From a virus: a stretch of DNA of 64,000 bases. The position numbers were made by a program, and so were the translations under genes. The stretch is from the IMG/VR virus record IMGVR_UViG_3300025929_000015, positions 1-64,000 of that record, one strand, 5' to 3'. The notes beneath the pieces are model-generated. The model saw only the letters and a program-made list of their open reading frames with translations. It did not search any database and had not been told where the DNA came from. This document shows positions 55,871 through 64,000 of the stretch, piece after piece (the stretch's first letter is position 1; every line of letters starts with the position of its first letter).

Positions 55871-56032
55871 CGGCAGGTCCCGGAGCGGGATCCAGCCGTC
55901 TGGGTAGTCACCCCGGCTGATGGCCTGGGCCAGGCAGATGGCCGCGAACGGCCTGTACCCGCGCGCCCGGCCCGTGACTACCGCCAGGGCCTCGTCCGGA
56001 TCTTCGTCCAGTTCCAGGAGAGGGTCTTTCAT
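55868..56032 (-). CDS. 54-aa hypothetical protein
   Basis: MKDPLLELDEDP...RDLP*; last ORF of the minus-strand run. Confidence 0.5.
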   Translation of the reverse strand: MKDPLLELDEDPDEALAVVTGRARGYRPFAAICLAQAISRGDYPDGWIPLRDLP

Positions 56033-57255
56033 GAGTTCTCGAATTCGATGTCGTCGATCATGTTCTGCCTTTCCCTTTCGTCACGGATTACCTCCCCAGA
56101 GTTTCCTGCTGAGCACAGGAACGCATTCCTTGCAGACCTGGAACTGGCACCACCATTTCAATTTCTTCCCGCAGTTCAGGCATCGCCCGGTCATTTCCTG
56201 CGCCGCCGTGCGGCGATACCCCTGGCGATCATCCGTAGCTTCTCCTCGAAGCAGGGTGTACACAGGCCATGATTGCGGTTGGCCACCTGAGGCGTGATCT
56301 CGTTCTCGCATCCTGCGGTCTTGCACTGCACCGTGCCCTTGCCCATGATTTCTCCTAATTTCCTTCCCGCTGCCGCCGTATCTCGGCGAGACCTTCCGGG
56401 GTGAGCAGCCAGCCGACGCACCGGCCCGTGCGGTTGCTGAGGTACCAGTCGCGGTGGCATCTGCCGCAGTGCTGGGCGGTAAGCCACCGCCCTTCATGTG
56501 CGGCATACGTGAGCGTGAAGAGGTCGAGAGGGCAGAGCCCGACCTGGAGGGCGCCGCCCCACAAGATCCAGTTGGCCTCACCGAGCGTCATGTACTCCGT
56601 CATCTGACCTCTTTTCCTTTCATGCGTCACCCGGCCCCCGAGGCCCTGCTCAAGCCCACCTGCGAACGTGGTTCCCGGCTGCCCGGAACCGTAGGTTTGA
56701 GCAGGACCTCCGCGGTCAGCTACTTCTTCTTGGCCTTGGTCTTGCGGTACCTGTTCAGGTCCCTATTCGCCTGGACCAGCGCGGCGGTAAGCCCGAAGTG
56801 GTCCGGATCTCCCCGCCTGAGCTGTCTCAGCGCATCTGCTATGTCGTTGCAGATGTCAATGAGCCGCTGCTCTTCCTGGTCTGCGGCCATCGTTACGGTT
56901 CGATCGGGCCGCAGAACGGCTGGGTCATGTGCGGGGCGATCAGCCGGCAGGCCAGCACGTGGTGGCCGGGCCGGCAGTGCGGCCGGAGCGGGTTCGCACG
57001 GTAGGCGGCGACTGCCCAGCGGATGATCGTGGTCATGGTTTTCCTTCTTCCTTCTCGGTGAATGACCGGGAATACTGGTCGTCGGGAGTGTAGGACGGGT
57101 AGTATTTCGCGTCGATCCAGGGATGCGTGCCCGGGTCGGGCACGAAGACGACCAGGCCGAACCACGGGGTCCGCAGGTACAGTGAGCAGTTCCCGTACTC
57201 GTCCCCGCCGTGCCCGGCGTACCAGCCGGTGGACGGGCCCTCCAGCAGGAGCCGC

Positions 57256-57789
57256 CTACCGAGGCTTCGCATGGCCGTCCCCTTTCGCTCGCCGGATCCT
57301 GGCCTTGGCGGCCAGGAACCGGACCGTATCGGCGAAACGGCCGCCTACCTGGATCTCACCCGAGGCGCTGAAGTACTCGGCGATCTCGCCTGGGCGGTCC
57401 CGCCGCTTCTCGCAGGCCCACAGCCGGCCGTCGATATCAGCACACACGGCGACGGCGATCTCGATCCGGTCCGGCCGCAGGCTGGGCCGCGGTCCGGGGC
57501 CTTCCGCGGCCCACCCTTCGATCTGGAGGAGATACGCGTACGGCGGTTCGCCCGGGTGCTCCTCCAGGTGCTGCCCGGCCAGCCCGGCCAGCATCATCGG
57601 GTACTGGTCCGGATCGACCGCCGGGTCGATGCCGGCCAGTACCCGGCAGCTGACTTGCTGGCCGTCCCAGCCCAGGATCATGAACTGGTGCAGCGAATCC
57701 CACTGGTCGTGCTGCTCGATGACGCCGCGGGTGTAGGCGGCCATGACTTCTTCCGGCGCGGATTTCTTGATCTGTTCGTTCTCATCCAT
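57256..57789 (-). CDS. Hypothetical protein
   Basis: Codon bias; first gene of a minus-strand run of small ORFs. Confidence 0.55.
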   Translation of the reverse strand: MDENEQIKKSAPEEVMAAYTRGVIEQHDQWDSLHQFMILGWDGQQVSCRVLAGIDPAVDPDQYPMMLAGLAGQHLEEHPGEPPYAYLLQIEGWAAEGPGPRPSLRPDRIEIAVAVCADIDGRLWACEKRRDRPGEIAEYFSASGEIQVGGRFADTVRFLAAKARIRRAKGDGHAKPR

Positions 57790-57892
57790 AGATCTCACCG
57801 ATCGGTCGGTGTCTCCTTTTCTCGTTGTGGTCCGTTCCGGTTTCGCACTTTCGCACTGCTCTCCTTTCCGTCTTGGGTATACGCTGAGGTTC

Positions 57893-58465
57893 ATGAATGT
57901 GGATGTCAGCCAGCTCCAGCCCGGCGTCTTCGGCGTCTCGCATGGCGGCGGCCTGGCCGGAGAGCTTATCCGCCACGCGACTGGCTCCTGGGCCGGGCAC
58001 GCGTTCCTCTACCTCGGCGGCGGGCGGCTGGTCCAGGGCCAGCCGCCCGCCGCCGCGCTCGCGCCCGCGGACAGCCACGGCGACGCGATCTGGGCCTGGC
58101 GGATGTGGGACCAGCTGCGCGCCGTGACCGGCTGGACCGCGGACCAGGTGACCGCCGCGCAGCGGCGGGTGGTGGCCCGCGGACACGCCCTGACCGGCTG
58201 CCGGTACGACTTCGAGGCGTACGCGGGCTTTTCCCTGGAAGTGCTCAAGCTAGTCAACGCCGGCCAGCTCGACCCGGTGTTCAGCAGCGACAGCTACCGG
58301 GTATGCAGCGCACTGGTGGACGACGCGGAGGTCTTCGGCGGGGTGCCGATGACCTACGTGCCCGCCGACGGGCCGGGCGTGGCCCCGGGCGGGGCGATGA
58401 TCGCCGCCAACCTGGTCGCGCCCGGCATGCTGCTCGGACTGGCCGAACGCAGTGAGTGGATCTAG
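57893..58465 (+). CDS. Permuted papain-like NlpC/P60 (YiiX-like) enzyme
   Basis: LQPG, GHAFLY, G.RYDF and VCSALV, with His before Cys; leaderless. Confidence 0.75.
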   Translation: MNVDVSQLQPGVFGVSHGGGLAGELIRHATGSWAGHAFLYLGGGRLVQGQPPAAALAPADSHGDAIWAWRMWDQLRAVTGWTADQVTAAQRRVVARGHALTGCRYDFEAYAGFSLEVLKLVNAGQLDPVFSSDSYRVCSALVDDAEVFGGVPMTYVPADGPGVAPGGAMIAANLVAPGMLLGLAERSEWI

Positions 58466-58607
58466 CCGTCAGCCTCCGGCCGGCCGATGTTGTAGCCGGC
58501 CTCAGCTTCGGCGGCCCAGGCTTCCAGCTCCGCCTCGGTGATCACCTTTCCGGTCTTCGTGACCGGCGGATGGCAGATCAGGCAGCCGGGATCGCCGCAT
58601 TCCTTCC

Positions 58608-59096
58608 TCACGTGCTGATCCCCGCCGCGCGGGCCCGCGCCTCGGTGGCGGCCGCCTTGGCATCGGCGAACTGCCGCGCTTCGGTGAACTCCTTCCGCGC
58701 CTTCTCGGCGTCCTCGCGGGCCCGGGTCAGCCGGGACAGCTCAGCGCGGTCTGCGTCGCTCAGCCGGGGCATCGCCCCGTCCAGGCGGTACCAGGCTTCC
58801 TGCGTGCGCTTGCCGGTGTCCTTCCATAGCACCAGCGCGTTGCCGCTGCCCGCGTGGAACCCGGTGATCACCGCATCGCGGCCGTCCCGGGTGGTGACGG
58901 GCAGCTCGAACCGCACGTCCTTGAACTCGCGGGCCTTGTTCTCCAGCCCGTAGAAGCTGGGATCGGACAGCTCCTGGCCGTCACCCAGGTCCACCCGGAA
59001 TTTCACCCTGTTGATGTAGTCACTGCTGTTCTCGGCCAGCTCGACCGGGTAGTCCCGGCCGAGCACCGACACGGTCAGGCCGGTGTACCTGTTCAT
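58608..59096 (-). CDS. Hypothetical protein
   Basis: RBS GAGGAG; codon bias. Confidence 0.6.
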   Translation of the reverse strand: MNRYTGLTVSVLGRDYPVELAENSSDYINRVKFRVDLGDGQELSDPSFYGLENKAREFKDVRFELPVTTRDGRDAVITGFHAGSGNALVLWKDTGKRTQEAWYRLDGAMPRLSDADRAELSRLTRAREDAEKARKEFTEARQFADAKAAATEARARAAGIST

Positions 59097-59399
59097 TTCT
59101 CTCCTCTCGTTGTTTCGCTGACGTCGCCATCGGCCCATTCGATCCGGACGCTGACGGGCCGCCCGGCGTTGATGTCGCCTTTGCTGGGGACATGCAGCGC
59201 CCCCGGGCCGGTGACGACGGTGCGCCAGCATTCGTCCCCCGTCCCGGCATCGGCCAGGATCACGGTAAACGGGAAGCAGCTGGCGGGCAGGTCGTGAAAC
59301 GGGATGCTGCCCACTGGCGTCCTCCTTCCTGCTTGCTTCCTGGCAAGCAGAACAACGCCCGGACCCCAGGGGTCCGGGCGTGTTCCTCCTGGCAGGATG

Positions 59400-60506
59400 C
59401 TACGGCTGGGTGTAGCTGAACGCAGGCAGCGGCACGGCCACTGCCGGGTCCCCGGGCGGTGGCGCCCCGTTGGGGCACCACAGGTTGACGATCACCTGCT
59501 GCTTGCCGGTGGCGGGGACGGCGACCGTGCCGCTGAACTGGTTCCCGCCGTACAGCTGGGTGTAGCTGTACTTCTGCCCCTGGACGGCGGTCACCTCGGC
59601 CAGCACGGTCCCGTCCGCGGCGGACAGCCGCCATCGCAGGGAGCCGGGCAGCCAGGTGAACTCGGCGGTCAGGCTGCCATGCCCCGCCGGGATGGCGAAC
59701 TGGCTGCCCGGTACCAGCACGTGCCCGGGCGGGGTGCCCTGCACCGAGCTGAGCTGGTCGGCGTAGTAGCCGAACTGGACGAACGCCGGGGCGCCGGCGA
59801 TAGTCCCGGCCGAGTAGAACTCGATGTCGATTTCCTTCTGCCCGCCGGGGCCGCCCTTGCTGGCTGCCCAGTAGGTGAACAGTCCCAGGCACAGCCCGGG
59901 CGGCAGTGCGGTCAGGTCGGCGCCGATGCTCCACCGGTAGGTGCCGTACCCCCAGGTCGAGGCGTTCGCCGCGATCCCCTGGTCACCCCGGGCGGAGTCC
60001 GCCTCCGCCCCGGCATACAAGCCGGGTGACAGCTGCGCGGCGTGCAGCGTCAGGACCTGACCCAGCGCGTCCACGGTCACGTTGGCCGCCTTAGGCTGGC
60101 CGGGCGCGGTGCCCCAGTCCTCCAGCTCCCACAGGTGATTGCCCCAGGACACCGCGTTCCCCGCCTGGGAGGCAGGCGGCTCGGCCCCGCCGTAGCCGGA
60201 GACGATGGCCTTGCCGGCTGACGGGGCGGCCCCGGCCAGCAGCGCGGTGCCGTTGGCGTTGGACTGCAGCGCGTACGACCCGCCCTGGTCATCGGTCAGC
60301 GCCACCACCGCGGCCGGGGTCCCGGACGGGGTCACCGTGTAGCTGGTGGTCGCGGTGGCGATCTCCCCGGTCGCCGGGTCCTGCGCGGTCCCGGTCAGGT
60401 TGACAGTGAACACCGCCGCCCGGTCCGCGTAGTTCGCCGTCACCTTCACCGCCTCCCCCGGGGCGTAATTCGTCTTGTCGGTGGACAGGGACAGGCTCAG
60501 GGTCAT
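59400..60506 (-). CDS. Ig-like domain plus GH16-like glycoside hydrolase
   Basis: TDKTNYAPGE; WGYGTY, GLFTY, EIDIEF (GH16 catalytic motif) and VNLW. Confidence 0.8.
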   Translation of the reverse strand: MTLSLSLSTDKTNYAPGEAVKVTANYADRAAVFTVNLTGTAQDPATGEIATATTSYTVTPSGTPAAVVALTDDQGGSYALQSNANGTALLAGAAPSAGKAIVSGYGGAEPPASQAGNAVSWGNHLWELEDWGTAPGQPKAANVTVDALGQVLTLHAAQLSPGLYAGAEADSARGDQGIAANASTWGYGTYRWSIGADLTALPPGLCLGLFTYWAASKGGPGGQKEIDIEFYSAGTIAGAPAFVQFGYYADQLSSVQGTPPGHVLVPGSQFAIPAGHGSLTAEFTWLPGSLRWRLSAADGTVLAEVTAVQGQKYSYTQLYGGNQFSGTVAVPATGKQQVIVNLWCPNGAPPPGDPAVAVPLPAFSYTQP

Positions 60507-60649
60507 GGTCGACGCCTCCTTCGCGGGGTCAGCCGGACCCGGGGCCGCAGCCGGGTGGCCGCAAGTACCGCGTAGACCAGGGTCACCCCGCTGATCACGT
60601 ACGTGCCCAGGAAATGGTACATGGGCATGTACCAGCCGTAATTCTGCAT
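60503..60649 (-). CDS. Small single-TM protein between GT2 and GH16
   Basis: MQNYGWYMPMYHFLGTYVISGVTLVYAVLAATRLR...; RBS GAGGGG. Confidence 0.55.
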   Translation of the reverse strand: MQNYGWYMPMYHFLGTYVISGVTLVYAVLAATRLRPRVRLTPRRRRRP

Positions 60650-60666
60650 GATATTTCCCCCTCGGG

Positions 60667-61785
60667 TCAGATGGACGTACCGGCACCCCAGCTGGAGCTG
60701 CGCTTGCGCAGCATCCGGTACAGCGCGCGGATGTAAACGAACTGGCGGGCGACCGAGTAGAACAGGTCGGGGACGATCAGCAGCGTCGCCACGATGGCGA
60801 CGATCCCGGCCTTGCGCGCCTGCCAGGTCTGCTCGATGATGATGAACAGCAGGCACAGCGCGTACAGCTTCGCGTTCAGCGGGTTGATGCCCTGCCAGCC
60901 GAACAGCGCGAACGACCAGGACAGGTAGAACGCGGTCAGCGGCAGCGCCAGCATCCCCAGGTAGGTGGCGGACTGCCGGACGATCATCCCGCGCGTCTCG
61001 TGCCCCCACCCGTACCGGACCAGCTCGGCCAGCGTGCCGTGCTGCCAGCGCAGCCGCTGGCTCACCCAGTCCCGGACGGTCTCCATCACGTCGGTCAGCA
61101 CCCGGCAATTCCCCGGCGCCAGCACCGGGATCCGCAGCCGTTTCAGCGCCAAGGTCAGCTCGTAGTCCTCGACCAGGCTGTGCACGTCGTACACCTGGCC
61201 GTCCGGGCGGGTCGCGGCCACCGCCCACAGCACGCACACCCGCATCCCCCACCCGGTGCCGGACAGCACGTCGGCCCGCGGGCGGCGGTTCTGGTGCTGG
61301 GCGAACCGGGCGAACTCGGCCCGCTGCAGCGCGCCGAGCAGGCCGCCGCCGGGGCGGCCGTGGAACGTCGCGCCGACGCTGCCGTAGCCTTTCTCCAGCC
61401 ACCGGATCGTGTTGGCGATGAAGTCGGGGTCCGGCACGGAGTCCGCGTCGAACCCCATCACGATGTCGGTGTCATCCAGCCGGGGCAAGATGTGCGCCAG
61501 CCCGATGTTCAGGTTGCCGGCCTTGCGGTGCGGGTTGACCGCCGTCTGGGTGATGCTCACCCCGTACGGCGCGACCTCGGCTGCGATCCGGTTGGCCAGC
61601 TCGCGGTCGGCTGTGTTGTCGAGCAGGACATACAGCTCGTCCGGGGGCCTGGTCTGGCCGAGCACCGCCTCCACGGTCCGGCTGATCGTCCCGGTCTCGT
61701 TGTGGGTGGGGATCACGACGACCACCCGGTCGGCCGGGTCGGTCAGCAGCGGACCGAAATCCCTTCCTCGTCTTGAATGGTTCAA
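60667..61785 (-). CDS. Processive GT2 polysaccharide synthase (IcaA/PgaC/cellulose synthase-like)
   Basis: IPTHNE, KAGNLN, DAD, VED and QRLRW motifs, plus C-terminal TMs. Confidence 0.9.
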   Translation of the reverse strand: MNHSRRGRDFGPLLTDPADRVVVVIPTHNETGTISRTVEAVLGQTRPPDELYVLLDNTADRELANRIAAEVAPYGVSITQTAVNPHRKAGNLNIGLAHILPRLDDTDIVMGFDADSVPDPDFIANTIRWLEKGYGSVGATFHGRPGGGLLGALQRAEFARFAQHQNRRPRADVLSGTGWGMRVCVLWAVAATRPDGQVYDVHSLVEDYELTLALKRLRIPVLAPGNCRVLTDVMETVRDWVSQRLRWQHGTLAELVRYGWGHETRGMIVRQSATYLGMLALPLTAFYLSWSFALFGWQGINPLNAKLYALCLLFIIIEQTWQARKAGIVAIVATLLIVPDLFYSVARQFVYIRALYRMLRKRSSSWGAGTSI

Positions 61786-61939
61786 AATTTCTCCTTTCGC
61801 AGCGGAACGTGGCCGTTCCCCGCGGCGCCCGCCCGCAAGCGGGCGCCACGGCCAGCGGCCTCAACCCAGGTGTCACCAAAGCAGGAACACTATTTTTCCC
61901 CGCCTGCCCCGCGGGGGCCAGCCCTGACTTCGGTGACCT

Positions 61940-62536
61940 TTACGGCTGACCCGACGATTCCTCCTGCCCTTTCAGGTAGCGCAGCGCCCGGTGCTCATCC
62001 CAGCCGAACGTCTCGTGCAGCCCGGCGGCCAGCATCTCCTGGTATGCCGGGGCGGGCGCCAGCGGTTCGACGTCGGCCATCCGCCACGGCGCGCCGAACG
62101 TGACCACCGGGTGCCCGCGGAGCCTGCCCACGCAGCTGACGGTCTCGTAATGGCCGGGCCCGGCGGACAGCTGTGCCCCCGGGGTGAGCGGCAGGTCCCA
62201 GTCCGTCCCGGGGACCTGCTTCATCTCCTGGGCCATGATGTCACAGAGCTGTGCCGGGGCGATCAGCCAGGCCCGGGCCGCGGTGATGCCGGCTGCGTGA
62301 GGGTCATACAGGGCCCGGCCGCCGCCCCAGAACGCCGACCGGGTGGCGAAGTACATCCGGCCGGGCAGCCAGGCAGCCGTCGTGTCGACCGGATCGGCCG
62401 GGTCGCGGGCCCCGTGGTGGACCCGGCCGGTCTCGGCCAGCACACCGCCGTGCAGGTAGTACCGGAACCGGCGCCAGGTCATGTTCGACCCGTAGGCCGC
62501 ATACCAGACCAGGCTCGTGTCCTTTCCTGTTCCCAT
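61940..62536 (-). CDS. Gamma-glutamylcyclotransferase-like protein
   Basis: VWYAAYGSNM motif; own RBS AAGGAG. Confidence 0.75.
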   Translation of the reverse strand: MGTGKDTSLVWYAAYGSNMTWRRFRYYLHGGVLAETGRVHHGARDPADPVDTTAAWLPGRMYFATRSAFWGGGRALYDPHAAGITAARAWLIAPAQLCDIMAQEMKQVPGTDWDLPLTPGAQLSAGPGHYETVSCVGRLRGHPVVTFGAPWRMADVEPLAPAPAYQEMLAAGLHETFGWDEHRALRYLKGQEESSGQP

Positions 62537-62539
62537 GGT

Positions 62540-62722
62540 TAACTCCTTTTCTCCGCTGCCGCGCTTGCGCCGTTTCTCGGCGGTATCAGCGCACCTGTCG
62601 CTGCAGAACCTGCTGCGCGCCAGCACTGCGAAATATGGCTTCCCGCAGCACTCGCATCTCTTCTCGATAAGTTTCTTACGGCGGGTATATGTCGCGCCTT
62701 TCTGAGGCCCGCGTTTTCCCAT
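62540..62722 (-). CDS. 60-aa treble-clef Zn finger; apparent end at TTA
   Basis: CECCGKPY...RFCSDRC. Confidence 0.7.
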
Positions 62723-62725
62723 GGG

Positions 62726-62959
62726 TCACCAGCTCCCTAGATACTTCCGGCACTTCGGGCAGCGGTACAGCGTCGTGCCGTTCTTGTTTTTCTTTATTGG
62801 CCGGGGATTGTGCGGCGGGCAGCGCTCGCTGTAGTTCTTGGCCGGCCGGGGGACCGGAGCCGGGTTCGGCCGACGCCTCTTACTCGCCTTAGAACACGTG
62901 GGATCGTGCGGATCGCCGCCCTTAGCCCCGCATTCCGCGCACGGCGGCTTCTTCGGCAT
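62726..62959 (-). CDS. Small Cys-rich protein
   Basis: CAECG...C and CPKC motifs. Confidence 0.5.
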   Translation of the reverse strand: MPKKPPCAECGAKGGDPHDPTCSKASKRRRPNPAPVPRPAKNYSERCPPHNPRPIKKNKNGTTLYRCPKCRKYLGSW

Positions 62960-63037
62960 CGCGCTAACGCCGCGAATTGAATACGTCCGCCCAGTAATCG
63001 GCGGTCATGACGTTATCCATGTTTCCTTCCTTCTTTC

Positions 63038-63487
63038 TCACAGCGGGATGTGGCCTTTCGGCCAGCCATCCTCGCGGATTTTCCCGTCCGCCAGCATGGC
63101 CAGGTGCTCCAGTGTGCCCGGTTCGTACCGGCGGACCGGCGCGGTGGTCCGGGCGATCTGCCGGGCCACCCGCCGGGCGAACCGGGCCTTGCGCCAGGCC
63201 GCCCGGGCGGCGGCGGTCTTGACCCGTCCGGTCAGCGGCGTGTAGACGTAGGCGTCTTCGATGTGCACCCCGGACACGGTGCCGTCCCCGTCGAACCAGA
63301 CCTCGCCGGTCAGCTCGTGCCGGGCGACCGTCAGCGCGGACAGGTCCACCTTGCACTGCCCGTCCGGCCAGAAGTCGACGTCGGTGCCGTCGGCCAGGTG
63401 CACGGTGAGCCGCACGGCCGGCCGGCGTCTCATGGCCGGCTCAGCTGTCTGCCGCAGCGGCAGCAGCATCCATCTCGGTCCGGTCAT
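63038..63487 (-). CDS. Hypothetical protein
   Basis: ATGA-coupled ORF. Confidence 0.5.
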   Translation of the reverse strand: MTGPRWMLLPLRQTAEPAMRRRPAVRLTVHLADGTDVDFWPDGQCKVDLSALTVARHELTGEVWFDGDGTVSGVHIEDAYVYTPLTGRVKTAAARAAWRKARFARRVARQIARTTAPVRRYEPGTLEHLAMLADGKIREDGWPKGHIPL

Positions 63488-63780
63488 CGCACTGCCCGGC
63501 CGGCGATCCGGTCCCGGCTGGTCCAGCCGTTGACGTGCCCGTGGTTGTTGGAGATCTGCACCCGCTGCCCGTCGATCGCGGTGATCTTATGCAGGTAGAT
63601 GCGGCCGCGGACGCGGGCCAGCACGATGTCCCCGGCTTCGAGCGTGTCATCGTCGCGCAGCCGCCGGATGGTCACCCGCTCCCGGTCGCAGATCAGCGGT
63701 TCCATGGAGTGGCCGCGCGGCCGGATCGTGACCTGCTCCGCACCGTCACGGAGCTGGTGATAAGCCCAGGTCTCGGTCAC
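63484..63780 (-). CDS. Peptidase S24/S26-like protein
   Basis: GHSMEP...GDIVL...LHKI. Confidence 0.8.
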   Translation of the reverse strand: MTETWAYHQLRDGAEQVTIRPRGHSMEPLICDRERVTIRRLRDDDTLEAGDIVLARVRGRIYLHKITAIDGQRVQISNNHGHVNGWTSRDRIAGRAVR

Positions 63781-64000
63781 CGTTCCTCCCTTGCACGAAT
63801 ACCTTCAGGGTCCGCTGGTCGTCCTGTAGCTGCACCTGCACCTCCAGGTGATACCGGACATACACCCGCCCGTCTTCGTCGATGACCTCGAACCTGGTGA
63901 CCTGATCGAACATGGCGCTCAGATCGATGCTGTTGCTCACCTGTTCTCCTCCTTCTCTTCCAGCAGGTACGGCGTCCGTGGCCGGGCGGACGATGATTTC

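Noticed and set aside
56640-56710. Long imperfect hairpins (also at 59330-59385 and 61810-61860)
   Set aside because: They lack the CCA-N8-RCGG grammar. Probably terminators or processing sites, with no further support.

Overview
A GC-rich, actinobacteriophage-like (siphovirus-type) segment. From 1 to about 40.3 kb, mostly on the + strand, it carries glycan-modification genes, repeat-rich virion proteins, the head-tail module, tail tube, chaperone, a 2058-aa tape measure, tail tip, and lysis/cell-wall enzymes. From about 40.4 to 64 kb, mostly on the - strand, it carries replication and recombination genes, HNHs, an initiator tRNA-Met and polysaccharide genes. Three things stand out. (1) A dispersed family of 12 stem-loop units at 6 loci, each built as stem-YCA-N8-RCGG-loop-CCA-N8-RCGG-stem, with unique 8-9 nt segments and covarying stems. 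This resembles dual-spacer guide RNAs (TIGR tigRNA or IS110 bridge-RNA loops). Two units sit antisense inside a coding sequence, and I could not identify an effector protein in the window. (2) All six in-frame TTA codons I found in credible genes are at special places. Five sit where the protein should end, three of them as the exact reverse complement of a convergent ORF's TAA. The sixth sits at a matched GAT-TTA-G-GAC site that would join the two halves of a glycosyltransferase. UUA therefore appears to act as a stop or recoding signal rather than ordinary Leu. (3) An ORF-less group I intron interrupts the major tail tube gene after codon 6. All protein calls come from motif recognition by eye; no searches were run.
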